Part shown: piece by piece, positions 9,568 through 20,132 of the stretch
Numbering within the stretch: position 1 is the stretch's first letter
Layout: each line of letters begins with the position of its first letter
Origin: Candidatus Brocadiia bacterium
GTDB taxonomy: Bacteria; Planctomycetota; Brocadiia; SM23-32
NCBI GenBank assembly: GCA_046538485.1
Contig: JBKHIT010000001.1
Span: forward strand, 32,001 to 96,000
Direction of reading: 5' to 3'
DNA length: 64,000 nucleotides
The notes under the pieces: model-generated
Told to the model about the DNA's origin: nothing
Databases searched by the model: none
What the model saw: the letters and a program-made list of their open reading frames with translations, nothing else
Made by a program: the position numbers and the translations under genes

Positions 9568-10866
9568 ATGAGTCTGGACTTCGAAACAAAACTCCCCGAT
9601 GATCAGGCCCCGCTCTATGGCATCTTAGAATGGCAGTGCTGGTACGGACATTACGATATCATCGATTTTGATCCCGAAACAGTGGTCGATGAATGCATTG
9701 ACGCGCATCTTAACGTCGGGTTCAATCATCTTGTCTGGAACGCGGGCCGTTCCACCATCGATTACCATTCCGACCTGCCGAATACCACCCTCATGCGCCA
9801 TGTCGAAGGTCCTGATGAGAATGCAGCCGGAGTTGTCGCACGCGCGGTTTTCAACGTCCAGTGTCCCCTCCGCCGCGCCCTCGAACGATGCCGTAAAGAA
9901 AACGTGCCTTTCATCGCACGGCTCTGCATGAACCGTCATTACGGGGCCGACCGGCGTCCGGAAATTACGTCCCGATTCGCCGCCGAACATCCCGAATACC
10001 AGGAGCGCGACCGCGCTGGCAATACCATCACCAGCAAACTCTGCTATGCCATCGCCCACGTGCGGCAGGAACGCATCGATATCCTCCTGGAACTGCAGCG
10101 GATCGGCGTCGATGCCCTTCTGCTGGATTTTTGCCGCCAGATGCCGCATTTGCGATACCACGATGAGCTGGTCGATCCTTTTGTTGAGCAGACGGGCACG
10201 GACCCGCGTGAAATTAACTCTGCGGATCCAGATGATTTCCGACATTGGTACCGGTATCGTGCCGAAATTATGACAGGCTTTATGCGGAAGCTGCGGAGCG
10301 AAGTGCGTGCTCAGGAAAAGGAACTCCAAAAGAAGTGCCCCATCATCGCGCGTGTCCCCGACGGCAGCGAATGGCTGATGCTGGCGTATGGACTCGACCT
10401 TCCCCGGTGGTTCTCCGAAGATTTGATTGATGCGACCATGCTCAGTCCGTTCCCCATCACCAAACAGGATCTCAAGCGGCATTTCCGTGAGCACGCCGAA
10501 TTGGCACACGAGCACGGGAAAGATTGTATCGGAGGTCTCGGATCGATGGGTCTGTTCCAGCACAACAATATGAGTCGGCGTCGCGATATTGAATATAAGC
10601 CGAAACACGCCTACGAACTGCTCGCCCAGCAATACGATGCCGGTGTCGATTCCATTAGCATTTACCAGACGGAAACCCTCGCACGAATGGGTTATCTTCA
10701 GGACCTGATGCTGGAAGCAGGTACTCCGGAAACGGTCATCGGCCGCGCGGACGAATTGCCGGGCAAGAGCCGGAGCGACACCAGCCCCGTTGGAGTCGAT
10801 TGGCATTCTTTCCCGAACGGCCTGTACGGCGTCGGCACGAGCGTTGAGGCCCAGCAGTCCCTCTGA
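9568..10866 (+). CDS. Putative TIM-barrel glycoside hydrolase (GHL10-like)
   Basis: RLCMNRHY, FAAEHPEY, LCYA..VRQERI.IL.E, GVDALLLDFCR, WF.EDLID and AGVDSISIY match GHL10-like proteins; GAGGAG RBS. Confidence 0.65.
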   Translation: MSLDFETKLPDDQAPLYGILEWQCWYGHYDIIDFDPETVVDECIDAHLNVGFNHLVWNAGRSTIDYHSDLPNTTLMRHVEGPDENAAGVVARAVFNVQCPLRRALERCRKENVPFIARLCMNRHYGADRRPEITSRFAAEHPEYQERDRAGNTITSKLCYAIAHVRQERIDILLELQRIGVDALLLDFCRQMPHLRYHDELVDPFVEQTGTDPREINSADPDDFRHWYRYRAEIMTGFMRKLRSEVRAQEKELQKKCPIIARVPDGSEWLMLAYGLDLPRWFSEDLIDATMLSPFPITKQDLKRHFREHAELAHEHGKDCIGGLGSMGLFQHNNMSRRRDIEYKPKHAYELLAQQYDAGVDSISIYQTETLARMGYLQDLMLEAGTPETVIGRADELPGKSRSDTSPVGVDWHSFPNGLYGVGTSVEAQQSL

Positions 10867-11068
10867 GCAAATCGAAGACGTATAGGGCATACGACCATGT
10901 ATTGTTCCCGTCCCCGCATTCATCTTCCGTTTGGATCAGCGGCAGATCGGGCCATGCCCGGTGCACGCGCTGGATCAAACCTTTGCCGGTCCAATGGAAT
11001 CCCATACCGTCGATATAACGACGGGCTTCGGGATCTTTCATAATCAGATGGGGAATACGCGCGTAACT
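10862..11068 (-). pseudogene. Internal fragment of a GH30 (glucosylceramidase-like) hydrolase
   Basis: DPEARRYIDGMGFHWTGKGLIQRVHRAWPDLPLIQTEDECGDGNNTWSYALYVFDLL resembles the GH30 nucleophile region (TE.ECG). Both ends are missing. Confidence 0.7.
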
Positions 11069-11369
11069 GTGCGGCGGAGGCAGAGGGGAGATTGCATTTC
11101 GGGCTTCGCCGGGGAGTTTTGTATGCAGGCACCTACGGCGGCGGGCTCTGGAAGGTCATTCGAAACTGAAGACCTGCCGCCACGAAAATGACATTTTGGC
11201 ATATTCAGTCAAAGATGTTTGCAAAACGCCCATCCGCACCACTACCCTGAGCAACCGAGCCGGGCTCAGCAGACCATTTGAAAACCCGGCGTCAAACCGA
11301 CAATCTGGATGCTCGGCCAACCTGGCAACGAATCGCATTCGCCTATCCAACAGACCGAGGAACGGTCTC

Positions 11370-12854
11370 ATGGAACAACCTAATTTCGTGTTCATAATGA
11401 CCGATACGCAAGGAGCTGACGTCGTCGGGTGCTACGGTCAGGACGGCGTTCAGACCAACAATCTGGGGCGTCTCGCCTCACAAGGTGCCCGTTTCGAACG
11501 TGCCTACACGACCTGCCCGCTCTGCACCCCGGCCCGCGGCGGAATTTTCACGGGCCTCACACCCAGCGTTAATGGAGCCCACACGAACAACATGGCTCCG
11601 GGCCGTAATATCCGGACGATGGGGCATTATTTCCGGAGACTCGGCTACCGAACCGCCTATATCGGCAAGTGGCATCTCGACGGTCTCGATTATTTCGATA
11701 GTGGCATTTGCCCCGAAGAATGGGAAGAGGAATACTGGTTTGATGGCCGACGGTATCTCAGCGAACTGACGGACGAGCAGACGGCTTTGTGGCGACAGGG
11801 ACTGAAAAGCATCGAGGCGCTACGAGAGAATAACATCGGCCCCGATTTCACCTGGGCCCATAGATCCGGAGACCGCGCGATACAGTTCCTTGAAAACGTT
11901 GAGGATAATCCTTTCCTGCTGGTTGTCTCCTACGACGAACCTCACGGCCCTCACACCTGCCCGGCGGAGTATGTGGAACAATTCGAGGATTTCGCAAAAC
12001 CCATCGGCCCGCCTGCACACGATACCCTCGAAAATAAACCGGCCCATCAGAAAGAATGGGCCGAACGCGTCGGCCGAGATCCCGAACAGGAGTCCTATCG
12101 GAATCCCCTCTACTTCGGATGTAATTCTTTTGTGGACGACGAGATCGGGCGGATTCTCAATGCGATTGATCGTCTGGCGCCCGAAAACACGTACGTCATC
12201 TACACCTCCGATCACGGCAGTATGCAGGGGGCCCATCGCTTGGATTCAAAAGGCCCGGTCATGTACGAAGAGATCACTCATATTCCGCTGATCATTCGCT
12301 GCCCTGAGGCCGAAGATGAACACGTCATAAGAAGTCCCGTCAGCCATCTGGATCTTCTCCCGACAATGCTTGATATCGCCGGAGAAGAGATTCCACCGTT
12401 ACTTCAGGGCAAGAGTTTGCTTCCCGAACTGCACGGTCAGAAAAGCGAAACTACTGCGGCGGAACGCAACATCATGATTGAATTTACACGATACGCCATT
12501 AACCACGATGGCTGGGGAGGCTATCAGCCGGTACGGAGTCTGGTGAAAGGAAAATACAAACTGGTTTTGAATCTCCTCCACACGGACGAACTTTACGATT
12601 TAGAGAAGGACCCCGACGAACTCGAAAACCTGATTGATGATCCGGGCTCGGAGGATCTTCGCCGGAGGCTTCACGAAGAGCTGCTCGCAGAAATGGACCG
12701 CCTTCGCGATCCGTTCCGCGGTCCCTGCTGGGAACGCCAGCCCTGGTGTGACACCCGAAACAAAAAATGGCAGGGCCCAAGACGTCCGCGTCCTTGCAGC
12801 CTTTTCGAACCGATCAGTTACGATTACGGCACCGGCAGGCCTCACGACGGGTAA
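11370..12854 (+). CDS. yidJ: Cys-type formylglycine-dependent sulfatase, YidJ-like
   Basis: PNFVFIMTDTQ, CTPARG, YIGKWHLDG.DYF, EYWFDG..YLSELT, SYDEPH and YTSDHG closely follow E. coli YidJ as recalled; ATG at 11370. Confidence 0.88.
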   Translation: MEQPNFVFIMTDTQGADVVGCYGQDGVQTNNLGRLASQGARFERAYTTCPLCTPARGGIFTGLTPSVNGAHTNNMAPGRNIRTMGHYFRRLGYRTAYIGKWHLDGLDYFDSGICPEEWEEEYWFDGRRYLSELTDEQTALWRQGLKSIEALRENNIGPDFTWAHRSGDRAIQFLENVEDNPFLLVVSYDEPHGPHTCPAEYVEQFEDFAKPIGPPAHDTLENKPAHQKEWAERVGRDPEQESYRNPLYFGCNSFVDDEIGRILNAIDRLAPENTYVIYTSDHGSMQGAHRLDSKGPVMYEEITHIPLIIRCPEAEDEHVIRSPVSHLDLLPTMLDIAGEEIPPLLQGKSLLPELHGQKSETTAAERNIMIEFTRYAINHDGWGGYQPVRSLVKGKYKLVLNLLHTDELYDLEKDPDELENLIDDPGSEDLRRRLHEELLAEMDRLRDPFRGPCWERQPWCDTRNKKWQGPRRPRPCSLFEPISYDYGTGRPHDG

Positions 12855-13001
12855 GGGGCTGTAGCGGTGTCGGTTTGCGTAAAACCCAAAAGCTGCTATA
12901 CTCTGTGGTCTGTGAATCGTCTCTGTCTGTATTATCCCGTTGACAGAAAAAGCAGCGGAATAACTGCAAAGGGCCTGCCCTAAGAAAATAAGGAGTGCCC
13001 C

Positions 13002-13355
13002 GTGGAACCCTTGACAAAAGAAAGTTTTACGGAAAAGATTTTCGATTATGAACAAAATGAGGAGTGGCAATTTGAAGGTGAATTGCCATGCATTATTGAT
13101 TTTTATGCCGACTGGTGTGGACCGTGTAAAATGGTTGAACCAGTGTTAGAGGAACTTGAGGAAGAATACGAAGAGGCAATCAATATCTACCGCGTCGACA
13201 TTGAGGCTGAGCAAGAATTGGCTGCCATTTTTGGTATCCAGAGTATTCCCAGCATGCTTTTTGTGCCCATGGATGATCAGCCCCAAATGGCAAAGGGCGC
13301 TTTACCGAAAGAAGCTCTGGAAAACGCTATAAAAGACGTTCTGAAGGCTGAATAA
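13002..13355 (+). CDS. trxA: Thioredoxin
   Basis: IIDFYADWCGPCK active site and GIQSIPS; AAGGAG RBS before GTG. Confidence 0.95.
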   Translation: MEPLTKESFTEKIFDYEQNEEWQFEGELPCIIDFYADWCGPCKMVEPVLEELEEEYEEAINIYRVDIEAEQELAAIFGIQSIPSMLFVPMDDQPQMAKGALPKEALENAIKDVLKAE

Positions 13356-13381
13356 ACCGTTTTGCCCTTCAGAACCTTTCC

Positions 13382-14308
13382 TTATCCCGCCCATTTAATC
13401 TGACACAAAACGGCCTTATGATCTGAAATCCTGTCCGGTAACACTGTATACGACTGGAAAATGAGTTCTGGCGAAAGCAAAATCCAATCCAGTCTTTTGC
13501 CCGATGCGGGAAAAGTACCGAGCCCTTCCTTCTCAGCCCGATAAGCTTTCAATTCGAGCGCTTCGGTTAGCAAGCGGAGCGCGCTGTTTCCCTCGTCCCA
13601 CCCGCAGTTAAAATCCCCCGTCACAACCAGCGGCCGTTCCTGTTGCGCCAGTAGATCGACCAATTCCCTGGCCTGGCTTCGTCGCACAGACGCACGAATA
13701 CAATCGAGATGAACGGACACCACATCAATCGTGCGATCGGGGTGGTTTGGCCAGGAAACCGTTGCGATCGTACACCCTTTGCAAAACGCCGGCGGAGCAG
13801 GCGAAAATGTATGCGAAAGGGCATCGCGCACCGGAAGATTTGAAATGCATGCCGTCCCGTATTGCAAACCCAAACCGCTGACCTGTTCGGCGCGCACGTG
13901 TCGTTGAAAGCCGCTTTTCTCAGCAAGCATCGCCACGTGATCGAAATCCCCACTCCAAAACGAAGGGCCGTCCGTCTCTTGAAGGGCCACGAATTGTGGT
14001 CTCCGTTCGCGGATAACGTTCGCAATTCGGTCTATATTGTCTCTTACGGTTTGGGTACGTTTGAATAACGGGGTAAAAGAGTTCCCCGCTCCGTGAGCAG
14101 TATTCAATGTCATAACGGACAAAATCGATTCGGCGGGGTTATCCAGGTTTCTGGTGGAAGGAAAAGAACTTATTTTGTGGATTTTCAAGCGCTTTGTGCG
14201 CGGGCCCGAAATCCAGAAAGGCAATCGCAGGATTACGCCGCTCGTGATCATGAGGAACCCCACAGCGCTGATCAAAAGGTATTTTTTTTTCGTGGTAAAA
14301 TGAAGCAT
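13382..14308 (-). CDS. Endonuclease/exonuclease/phosphatase (EEP) family protein with N-terminal membrane anchor
   Basis: VMTLN.AHG, VALQETD, VSVHLD, TGDFN, RLDWIL and SDH motifs. Confidence 0.88.
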   Translation of the reverse strand: MLHFTTKKKYLLISAVGFLMITSGVILRLPFWISGPRTKRLKIHKISSFPSTRNLDNPAESILSVMTLNTAHGAGNSFTPLFKRTQTVRDNIDRIANVIRERRPQFVALQETDGPSFWSGDFDHVAMLAEKSGFQRHVRAEQVSGLGLQYGTACISNLPVRDALSHTFSPAPPAFCKGCTIATVSWPNHPDRTIDVVSVHLDCIRASVRRSQARELVDLLAQQERPLVVTGDFNCGWDEGNSALRLLTEALELKAYRAEKEGLGTFPASGKRLDWILLSPELIFQSYTVLPDRISDHKAVLCQIKWAG

Positions 14309-14350
14309 TTTTCAGTCACCGGTCCAGCATATCAATTGGTATTGATCGGT

Positions 14351-15169
14351 TCAGCGGAAAATCATGCCAGCATATCCGACCACATAATTACCGCGTCCCT
14401 GAGGCGAATCAGCGCTGGTAGCCCGTGCTACCAGCTCGCCTTCAGAACCACCGCGCGCCTCCACGCTTATCATCATCGCCGCTGCCGGTGAGACGCCGCA
14501 CATGGTGATATCTTTTTCGTCGCAGACCTCAATCAGCCCTTCTGGAGCAAGCTGTTCCATTCGCTCAATTGCGATCGGATCGTGTTCATTAACCGTTTCA
14601 AGCGCATTTCTGCCCTGTTCATGGGACATATCGCTACTCGCCACGACAAGCGTATCCGACTTTTCCTGTTCCTTGAGACAATCTGCTATGCCGTTTCCGA
14701 GCTTTTGAATCTCTGTTTTTCCAGCGCTCGGTGTAATACAGATTACCACAATTTTTACGTCGGGGCGATGGTACTGCAAAAACGGCACGACCACCTCTCC
14801 CGAATGTTCAGGCAAATGCGGTCCATCATCCGGGGCCACAACATCAAGCTCGGCCAGAGCAGCATTCAGATTTTCGTCCAGCTCAACTGTACCGAGCGGT
14901 GTTTTCCAGGCCCCGTCTGACCAGAGAGCGCACGGAGGTCGGAAGGCATTGTGGCTGGGATTCAGCACCACCACGGTCGGGGTAACCTCGGCCTTTGCAA
15001 AAACTTTTCCGGCTGTCGGGCCAGAAAAAACGTATCCAGCATGGGGAGAAAGCGCGCCCAATACCTTTTCCCTTTGCCCCCCGTCCGGAGTATATTTCTC
15101 AATTGCCGAGCGGAGTTGATCGGGATCAGATGGGTAGAACTGCCCTTCTACTACCGGGCTGCGCACCAT
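14351..15169 (-). CDS. amrB: MEMO1-family protein (AmmeMemoRadiSam system protein B), cytoplasmic
   Basis: RSPVVEGQFYP, SPHAGYVFSG, W.TPLG, EHSGEV..PFLQ, VASSDMSH and TMCG motifs; ATG at 15169 after AAGGAG. Confidence 0.9.
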   Translation of the reverse strand: MVRSPVVEGQFYPSDPDQLRSAIEKYTPDGGQREKVLGALSPHAGYVFSGPTAGKVFAKAEVTPTVVVLNPSHNAFRPPCALWSDGAWKTPLGTVELDENLNAALAELDVVAPDDGPHLPEHSGEVVVPFLQYHRPDVKIVVICITPSAGKTEIQKLGNGIADCLKEQEKSDTLVVASSDMSHEQGRNALETVNEHDPIAIERMEQLAPEGLIEVCDEKDITMCGVSPAAAMMISVEARGGSEGELVARATSADSPQGRGNYVVGYAGMIFR

Positions 15170-15294
15170 AACAATCTCCTTTTTCACATAAGTTCTATCA
15201 GAGGAACTCCGAAAACTTCGAGACTGGCCAGGCTGCATGCTCACTGGCATCAAATTGCATTTTAACACCCGCGCCCGCATTTTGAAAAATATTT

Positions 15295-16281
15295 CTAACT
15301 GCTTCCCGTCATCGACTCCCGACAAAACGACATGAGCCTGTCAAAATAGACTTTGCCGCCGACCTGGTAGGTGTCGTTATGTCCCGCCCCCCCAATTCGA
15401 TAGAATTCTTTCGGTTCCTTTGTCGCCTCAAAAACAGCCCTGCCCTGCTCAAAGGGTACGACTCTATCGCGGTCACCGTGGATTACCAGAATGGGTTTCT
15501 CAAGCTCCGATACTCGCCCCGCATTATCAAAATCTGAGCGGATAAATCGAGAAACCGGCACAAAAGGTATCATTTTTTTCGCCATGACTTTTGCCGATGC
15601 AAAAGGGCTCTCCAGAATCACAGCCACCACCGGTTCTGACAGAGCGAGGTTCAGCGCAACCGCCGTCCCGAGGGAACGTCCAAAAGCTATGATTCGCCCC
15701 GGTGCAATTTTTTTTTCTTCGGTCAGATATTTGTAGGCTGCCTTTGCATCTTTGTAGAGCCCGGTCTCACTCGGATGCCCCTGACTTTGGCCGTATCCCC
15801 TGTAATCTATCATGAGAACGTTAAACCCTTTTCTCCGCAACAGATGAAGGTACTCAACCCTGTGTGTGAGGTTCCCGGCATTGCCATGGAAAGCAAGCAA
15901 AGTGGGGGCTTCTTCCGTGGCTTCCAGCCACCAACCGTGCAGTTTCCATCCGTCCTCTGTCTTAAGCCAACAGTCCTCAACGGTGATACCGGGCTCCTCC
16001 CAGGGAACGGCTGGCTTTCGGGAAGGATGGTAGATAAAACGGGGTTCAAAAAGCAGAATCATTATGATGAAACTGACGTAAATACCCAGCGCCAGGCCGA
16101 CCAGCGTCAAAATCGGTTGGAACCACTTCGGCACTTCGAATTTTTTTTCTTTCTTTGTATCTCTTTCAGACACAGCCTTTTCTTGTTTCAAATCCCCCCG
16201 AGACATTCCACCATCCGGTTCTCCTGCAGAGACGGCCCCCATGAGCAGCAAAACAAAAAGTATAGCAACAGTTTTTGACAT
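15295..16281 (-). CDS. Membrane-anchored alpha/beta hydrolase (ABHD13/ABHD17/BEM46-like)
   Basis: FHGNAGN, DYRGYG.S.G.PSE.GLY.D, nucleophile GRSLG, IHGDRD.VVP and GAGHND. Confidence 0.9.
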   Translation of the reverse strand: MSKTVAILFVLLLMGAVSAGEPDGGMSRGDLKQEKAVSERDTKKEKKFEVPKWFQPILTLVGLALGIYVSFIIMILLFEPRFIYHPSRKPAVPWEEPGITVEDCWLKTEDGWKLHGWWLEATEEAPTLLAFHGNAGNLTHRVEYLHLLRRKGFNVLMIDYRGYGQSQGHPSETGLYKDAKAAYKYLTEEKKIAPGRIIAFGRSLGTAVALNLALSEPVVAVILESPFASAKVMAKKMIPFVPVSRFIRSDFDNAGRVSELEKPILVIHGDRDRVVPFEQGRAVFEATKEPKEFYRIGGAGHNDTYQVGGKVYFDRLMSFCRESMTGSS

Positions 16282-16328
16282 TTTTGAAACTCAGCAGGAA
16301 ATGGCAAAAGCCGGGGCTGGTTAATCGA

Positions 16329-16997
16329 CTATTCACTGCCTTCATGGGTGGGAGGCCGATGCCCGATATGGCCTCGCAAACACACGGGAGGACGAAGGAT
16401 TTCTGACCAAATGACAGCCCACTTCATATCGCCTCCTGAGAGATTCGACTGCGGAACCAGAGGTCTTTTTGATGGCACGCTTTTCGGTTCTTTTTTCTTA
16501 GAAGACTGGCGCTTTTCCCAGGCTTTTCGCAGATTTTTGCTGAATTCACCTACCCCTTTCAGCTCCCGCCAGCTGCCAAAGGATGTATTCCAAACTTTAC
16601 TTCGCGGACCGAGTTTGCCCGCCTCAATCATATTCCGGATGCGATCCGTTTTGTAAGGCCCGTAACGTTTGCCTTTTCGGCTGACGAACCAATCTTCTTT
16701 CGTCAGTTCGCTGTAATCGTTCGAACCACTACTCTGTGAAGACGAACGCGAAGTGGACATTTGTGGTGTGCCAGATGATGCGGCTGACGAACTACGGGCC
16801 GCCGAACTGTTCTTCTGTTTGGCATTATTGGCACTCTTCTTGATTTCTTGCAGGAAATCCTGAATTTGCCCCTGGCCCGCTTCATATTTTTCGCCCTGTG
16901 CCCCCTGGTTCTGCGAGGCTGATTCCGTCGCTTTCTTGATGAGGTAACCGATCCCGTAAAAGATTCCAATAACTATTAAGATCGCGATTTGTTCCAT
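16329..16997 (-). CDS. YqfB-like membrane-anchored protein with a GYF_2 (DUF4339)-like domain
   Basis: N-terminal TM; Ser-rich linker; WFVSRKGKRYGPY....I..MI..GKL.....VW......W (GYF_2); C-terminal WAVIWSEILRPP motif typical of genes following floA. Confidence 0.72.
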   Translation of the reverse strand: MEQIAILIVIGIFYGIGYLIKKATESASQNQGAQGEKYEAGQGQIQDFLQEIKKSANNAKQKNSSAARSSSAASSGTPQMSTSRSSSQSSGSNDYSELTKEDWFVSRKGKRYGPYKTDRIRNMIEAGKLGPRSKVWNTSFGSWRELKGVGEFSKNLRKAWEKRQSSKKKEPKSVPSKRPLVPQSNLSGGDMKWAVIWSEILRPPVCLRGHIGHRPPTHEGSE

Positions 16998-17019
16998 TTT
17001 CGGACTCCAGCTTTCCCAT

Positions 17020-20000
17020 TCAGACAAAACGGCCGAGGTTAACGTCTTGACAGTGGAGCATAATCGGAATAATATCCTCAAGGGCCCGTCCGAACGCTAC
17101 TGCCGTTCTGGCACTTTCGCGTCCTGAGCCCTGTTCGGCATTCTTAACAAACCATTTCATACCCTGGCGCTGTCCTCTTCGGACCAAAATGCCACCGGCA
17201 AGACTTCGCAAATCCCAATCTGATTCCACCTGATCGCTTACACTCGCAAATATCGAGAGCGCGCTCCGCACACGGGCAATTCCCAGGTATGAAGCCGCGC
17301 AATATCGTTCACGTTTTTCTCCATAGCGCAACAATTCTTTGAGCGCATCGGCATCTTCACTGCGTTCGAGCATTGCGCCAAGAGCGCGGTGACCACAGAC
17401 AAGTTCGATGTCATGGGTCTCCTGTGGGTCGTCCGGCAAAATATGCCCTGCTAATTTACCAGTTCCTCCTCGGATAGCCATGGCAAGACAAATATTGCCC
17501 AGGTTATCCAGTGATTCTCCCGCCAGAGAATCAGCCAGCATCTCACCAATTTCTTTCTCTTGCGCTGCGGTCATAAGTTGTTGGGTAATCTCACAACCGA
17601 GATCCGTCGGCGCCTGCGAGATAAGTTCGGCCACATCCGAAGCGTATTTCTGGCGCCCGCCGATCAACAAAGCGGCCGCTGCTGGTGCCACAATATCCAC
17701 GAAATCCGTCTCGTCTCGGTGCGCTTCGACAAGCGTTTCCAATTCATTGAAACTCGATTGCGGGTCATCCTCCTCCCGCGAGCGCGCCGTCAACGCCGCG
17801 ATCTTGACCCAATCGTCTTCGGCCTGGCATGCCTCATCGAAAATCGCGGGGTCGCTATCGCCTTTCAGCTCAGCCAGGGATTCCATAATACCGATTCGAG
17901 CCCTTTTGCGGAGCCGGGGCAACAATTCCTGCCACTGCTGAACAAGATCCCCGCCGCCCCACTCGAGAGACGGGCCGCCTCCGGTTGCCTTTTGCCATTC
18001 TTCAAGATTGGAAGCCCAATCAGTCTCTCCCAGTTTCGCCAATCCTTTGGCTGCATGATAGAAAGCATCAAGTGCACCTGCCAGGCAACGCACGATTCCC
18101 TGCATAAGCGCTTCGGCTGTTTCCTGCTGCAGTGCTTCACCGGATTCCAGCGCTTCTGTGGCTTTCTCAATCTCTTCATTCGAGAGTTCAAGATCATCTC
18201 GCCACAATTTCTCCAGTTGGTCGGCATCCAGTCCCGCGGTATCCTGAAAGATCAACTCTCCCTGGTCGTTTCGCCGAAGAGCATGCGCATGGCGAGCAAG
18301 CTTACCCCGCCATTCAATGACACGATCCATTGTTTTAATCAACGGCTCTCCGAAATTCGCTTCCTCAATATCTTCGATCAATTGACCGACATTTTCTCTG
18401 AACAATGCGGAAAGCGATTCGTCTTCGGTAAGCCGTTGCAACGCTTCGATAGTTTGGGGAACAGGGAACGGGCAGTTAAATTCCACAAACTCTTCGATGG
18501 CTCTCAACACAATCTGCCGAACCCCTTCATCGTGATCCTGAAGGGCCTCAAGCAGATAGCTGAAAACTTCCATACCCTCACTTCTCTCGGATGTGAAACT
18601 GACTGAAAGCCTGCCCCAGGTTTCTTGTCGGCCTCCCGGATTATCGCGGAGCGCTTCAACGGCACGCCGTCTTGTGAGAGCATCGGGGTGTCTCTGAAGG
18701 ACATCGACAAGCAGTCCCGCGTCACGAGTATTATCCAGTGCAGCCGACGCCCGGGAACGGACAACATCTTCCGAATCATACAGAGCTCTTTGAAGGGCAT
18801 ATGATTCGGCTATGTCTTCCAGTTCAAGCAATTCAGTAATAGCATGAACCCTTTGCGAGGACGACCCTTCGATCGCCGTTCGCTCGAGTATAGGCAACAC
18901 ATCACCGGCATCGGCACTGCTGCGCGACTTGATAGCGCTGCTTTCGGCCGCGCTCTCCGACTCCATGCCTATGTTGCCGGCCTCCCAGATAGACAGCGTC
19001 TGTTCCTCCGCCGACTGGTCCTTTTCGCTTTCTTCCAGGGTGGGAGCTCCTGCTTCGGACTCCAGCATACGCAGGAGTTCTTTCGCACTTCGTTCGACCT
19101 CATAATCGCTATCCCCCGTAGTCTCTTTCAGCAATTCTTCGACCTCGGAGAGTTCAAATTGATTGAGCATCAAGACCGCATGACGTCTTACATCGGGATC
19201 GGGATGTTTAAGACCTTTACGCAGGGCGTCGAGCATTTCAGCGGATTCGCGACCCTGCTGTGCAGCCAGACAGTCGAGCACGGAAGAGACCAGAACTTCA
19301 TCCGGATCGTCGAGTTTGTCCCTCAGAATCTCCACCGCTCTCTCGTTACGCAGAGCAGCCAGGGCAAGGACAGTTTCTCGCCGCGTCTGGGTATCCGGAT
19401 CCTTGCTCAAATCTTCCAATATTGTGACAACATCCGGTCTGTCAGCGTACCCGAGAACCTGGGCGATCTCCCGGCGAAGATTCATATCTTCACTCTCGAC
19501 GATGGACTTATAAAGCTCACTTTCACGATCTTGCAGCAACTCCATCAGATTGTTTTTAAGAGCATGGTATTTGCTCCCAACAATCAGTCCGAAGGTGTTT
19601 ACGGCCGCCCTTCGCACGCCGTTGTCGTCCGAGTTGAAAGCCTCCGTGAGCAATTCCAGGGCGGCGGGGCCTTCCAGCGTCTCGATCGCTTCCACTGCCC
19701 GCCTCCTCACCGATCGATCATCAGCCACCAGACATTCTTGTATTATGGACTGAGCGGAATCCGCCTCCGTCACATCCATAAGGAGATCCGCGGCGGCCCG
19801 TGCCAATTGCATCGAGCCCTTACGAACAGCCGCGCGGACAAATGCCGCTGTTATATCATCAGGGGAGGCAATCGAAAGTTCGATCAAAGTCTGCCGGGCA
19901 TCGTCATCCGGCGCTTTGTCAAGCGCTTCCTCCGCCGCCTCGAGACGCTCATCGTCCGGTTTTTCAGCGACATTATTCAGGACTTCATGGGACCACTGGC

Positions 20001-20043
20001 GAATTTTTCGCTTGCTTGCGCTGGTTTGAGCTTTCTCGGCCAT
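17020..20043 (-). CDS. Large acidic HEAT-repeat (alpha-solenoid) protein
   Basis: Recurrent D.D..VRR.AV..L units; very D/E-rich; no signal peptide. Confidence 0.85.
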   Translation of the reverse strand: MAEKAQTSASKRKIRQWSHEVLNNVAEKPDDERLEAAEEALDKAPDDDARQTLIELSIASPDDITAAFVRAAVRKGSMQLARAAADLLMDVTEADSAQSIIQECLVADDRSVRRRAVEAIETLEGPAALELLTEAFNSDDNGVRRAAVNTFGLIVGSKYHALKNNLMELLQDRESELYKSIVESEDMNLRREIAQVLGYADRPDVVTILEDLSKDPDTQTRRETVLALAALRNERAVEILRDKLDDPDEVLVSSVLDCLAAQQGRESAEMLDALRKGLKHPDPDVRRHAVLMLNQFELSEVEELLKETTGDSDYEVERSAKELLRMLESEAGAPTLEESEKDQSAEEQTLSIWEAGNIGMESESAAESSAIKSRSSADAGDVLPILERTAIEGSSSQRVHAITELLELEDIAESYALQRALYDSEDVVRSRASAALDNTRDAGLLVDVLQRHPDALTRRRAVEALRDNPGGRQETWGRLSVSFTSERSEGMEVFSYLLEALQDHDEGVRQIVLRAIEEFVEFNCPFPVPQTIEALQRLTEDESLSALFRENVGQLIEDIEEANFGEPLIKTMDRVIEWRGKLARHAHALRRNDQGELIFQDTAGLDADQLEKLWRDDLELSNEEIEKATEALESGEALQQETAEALMQGIVRCLAGALDAFYHAAKGLAKLGETDWASNLEEWQKATGGGPSLEWGGGDLVQQWQELLPRLRKRARIGIMESLAELKGDSDPAIFDEACQAEDDWVKIAALTARSREEDDPQSSFNELETLVEAHRDETDFVDIVAPAAAALLIGGRQKYASDVAELISQAPTDLGCEITQQLMTAAQEKEIGEMLADSLAGESLDNLGNICLAMAIRGGTGKLAGHILPDDPQETHDIELVCGHRALGAMLERSEDADALKELLRYGEKRERYCAASYLGIARVRSALSIFASVSDQVESDWDLRSLAGGILVRRGQRQGMKWFVKNAEQGSGRESARTAVAFGRALEDIIPIMLHCQDVNLGRFV

Positions 20044-20132
20044 ATGAATTCCGCAGGGAGAAAAGAGACCACACGAACCGTGTTGGGGCCGTGGACGAAC
20101 CGGATGGCCCCAACTACATCGACCAGATGGTT

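Noticed and set aside
9625..10923. 432-aa minus-strand ORF mirroring the GHL10-like gene
   Set aside because: Antisense shadow; the plus-strand ORF has the RBS and family motifs.
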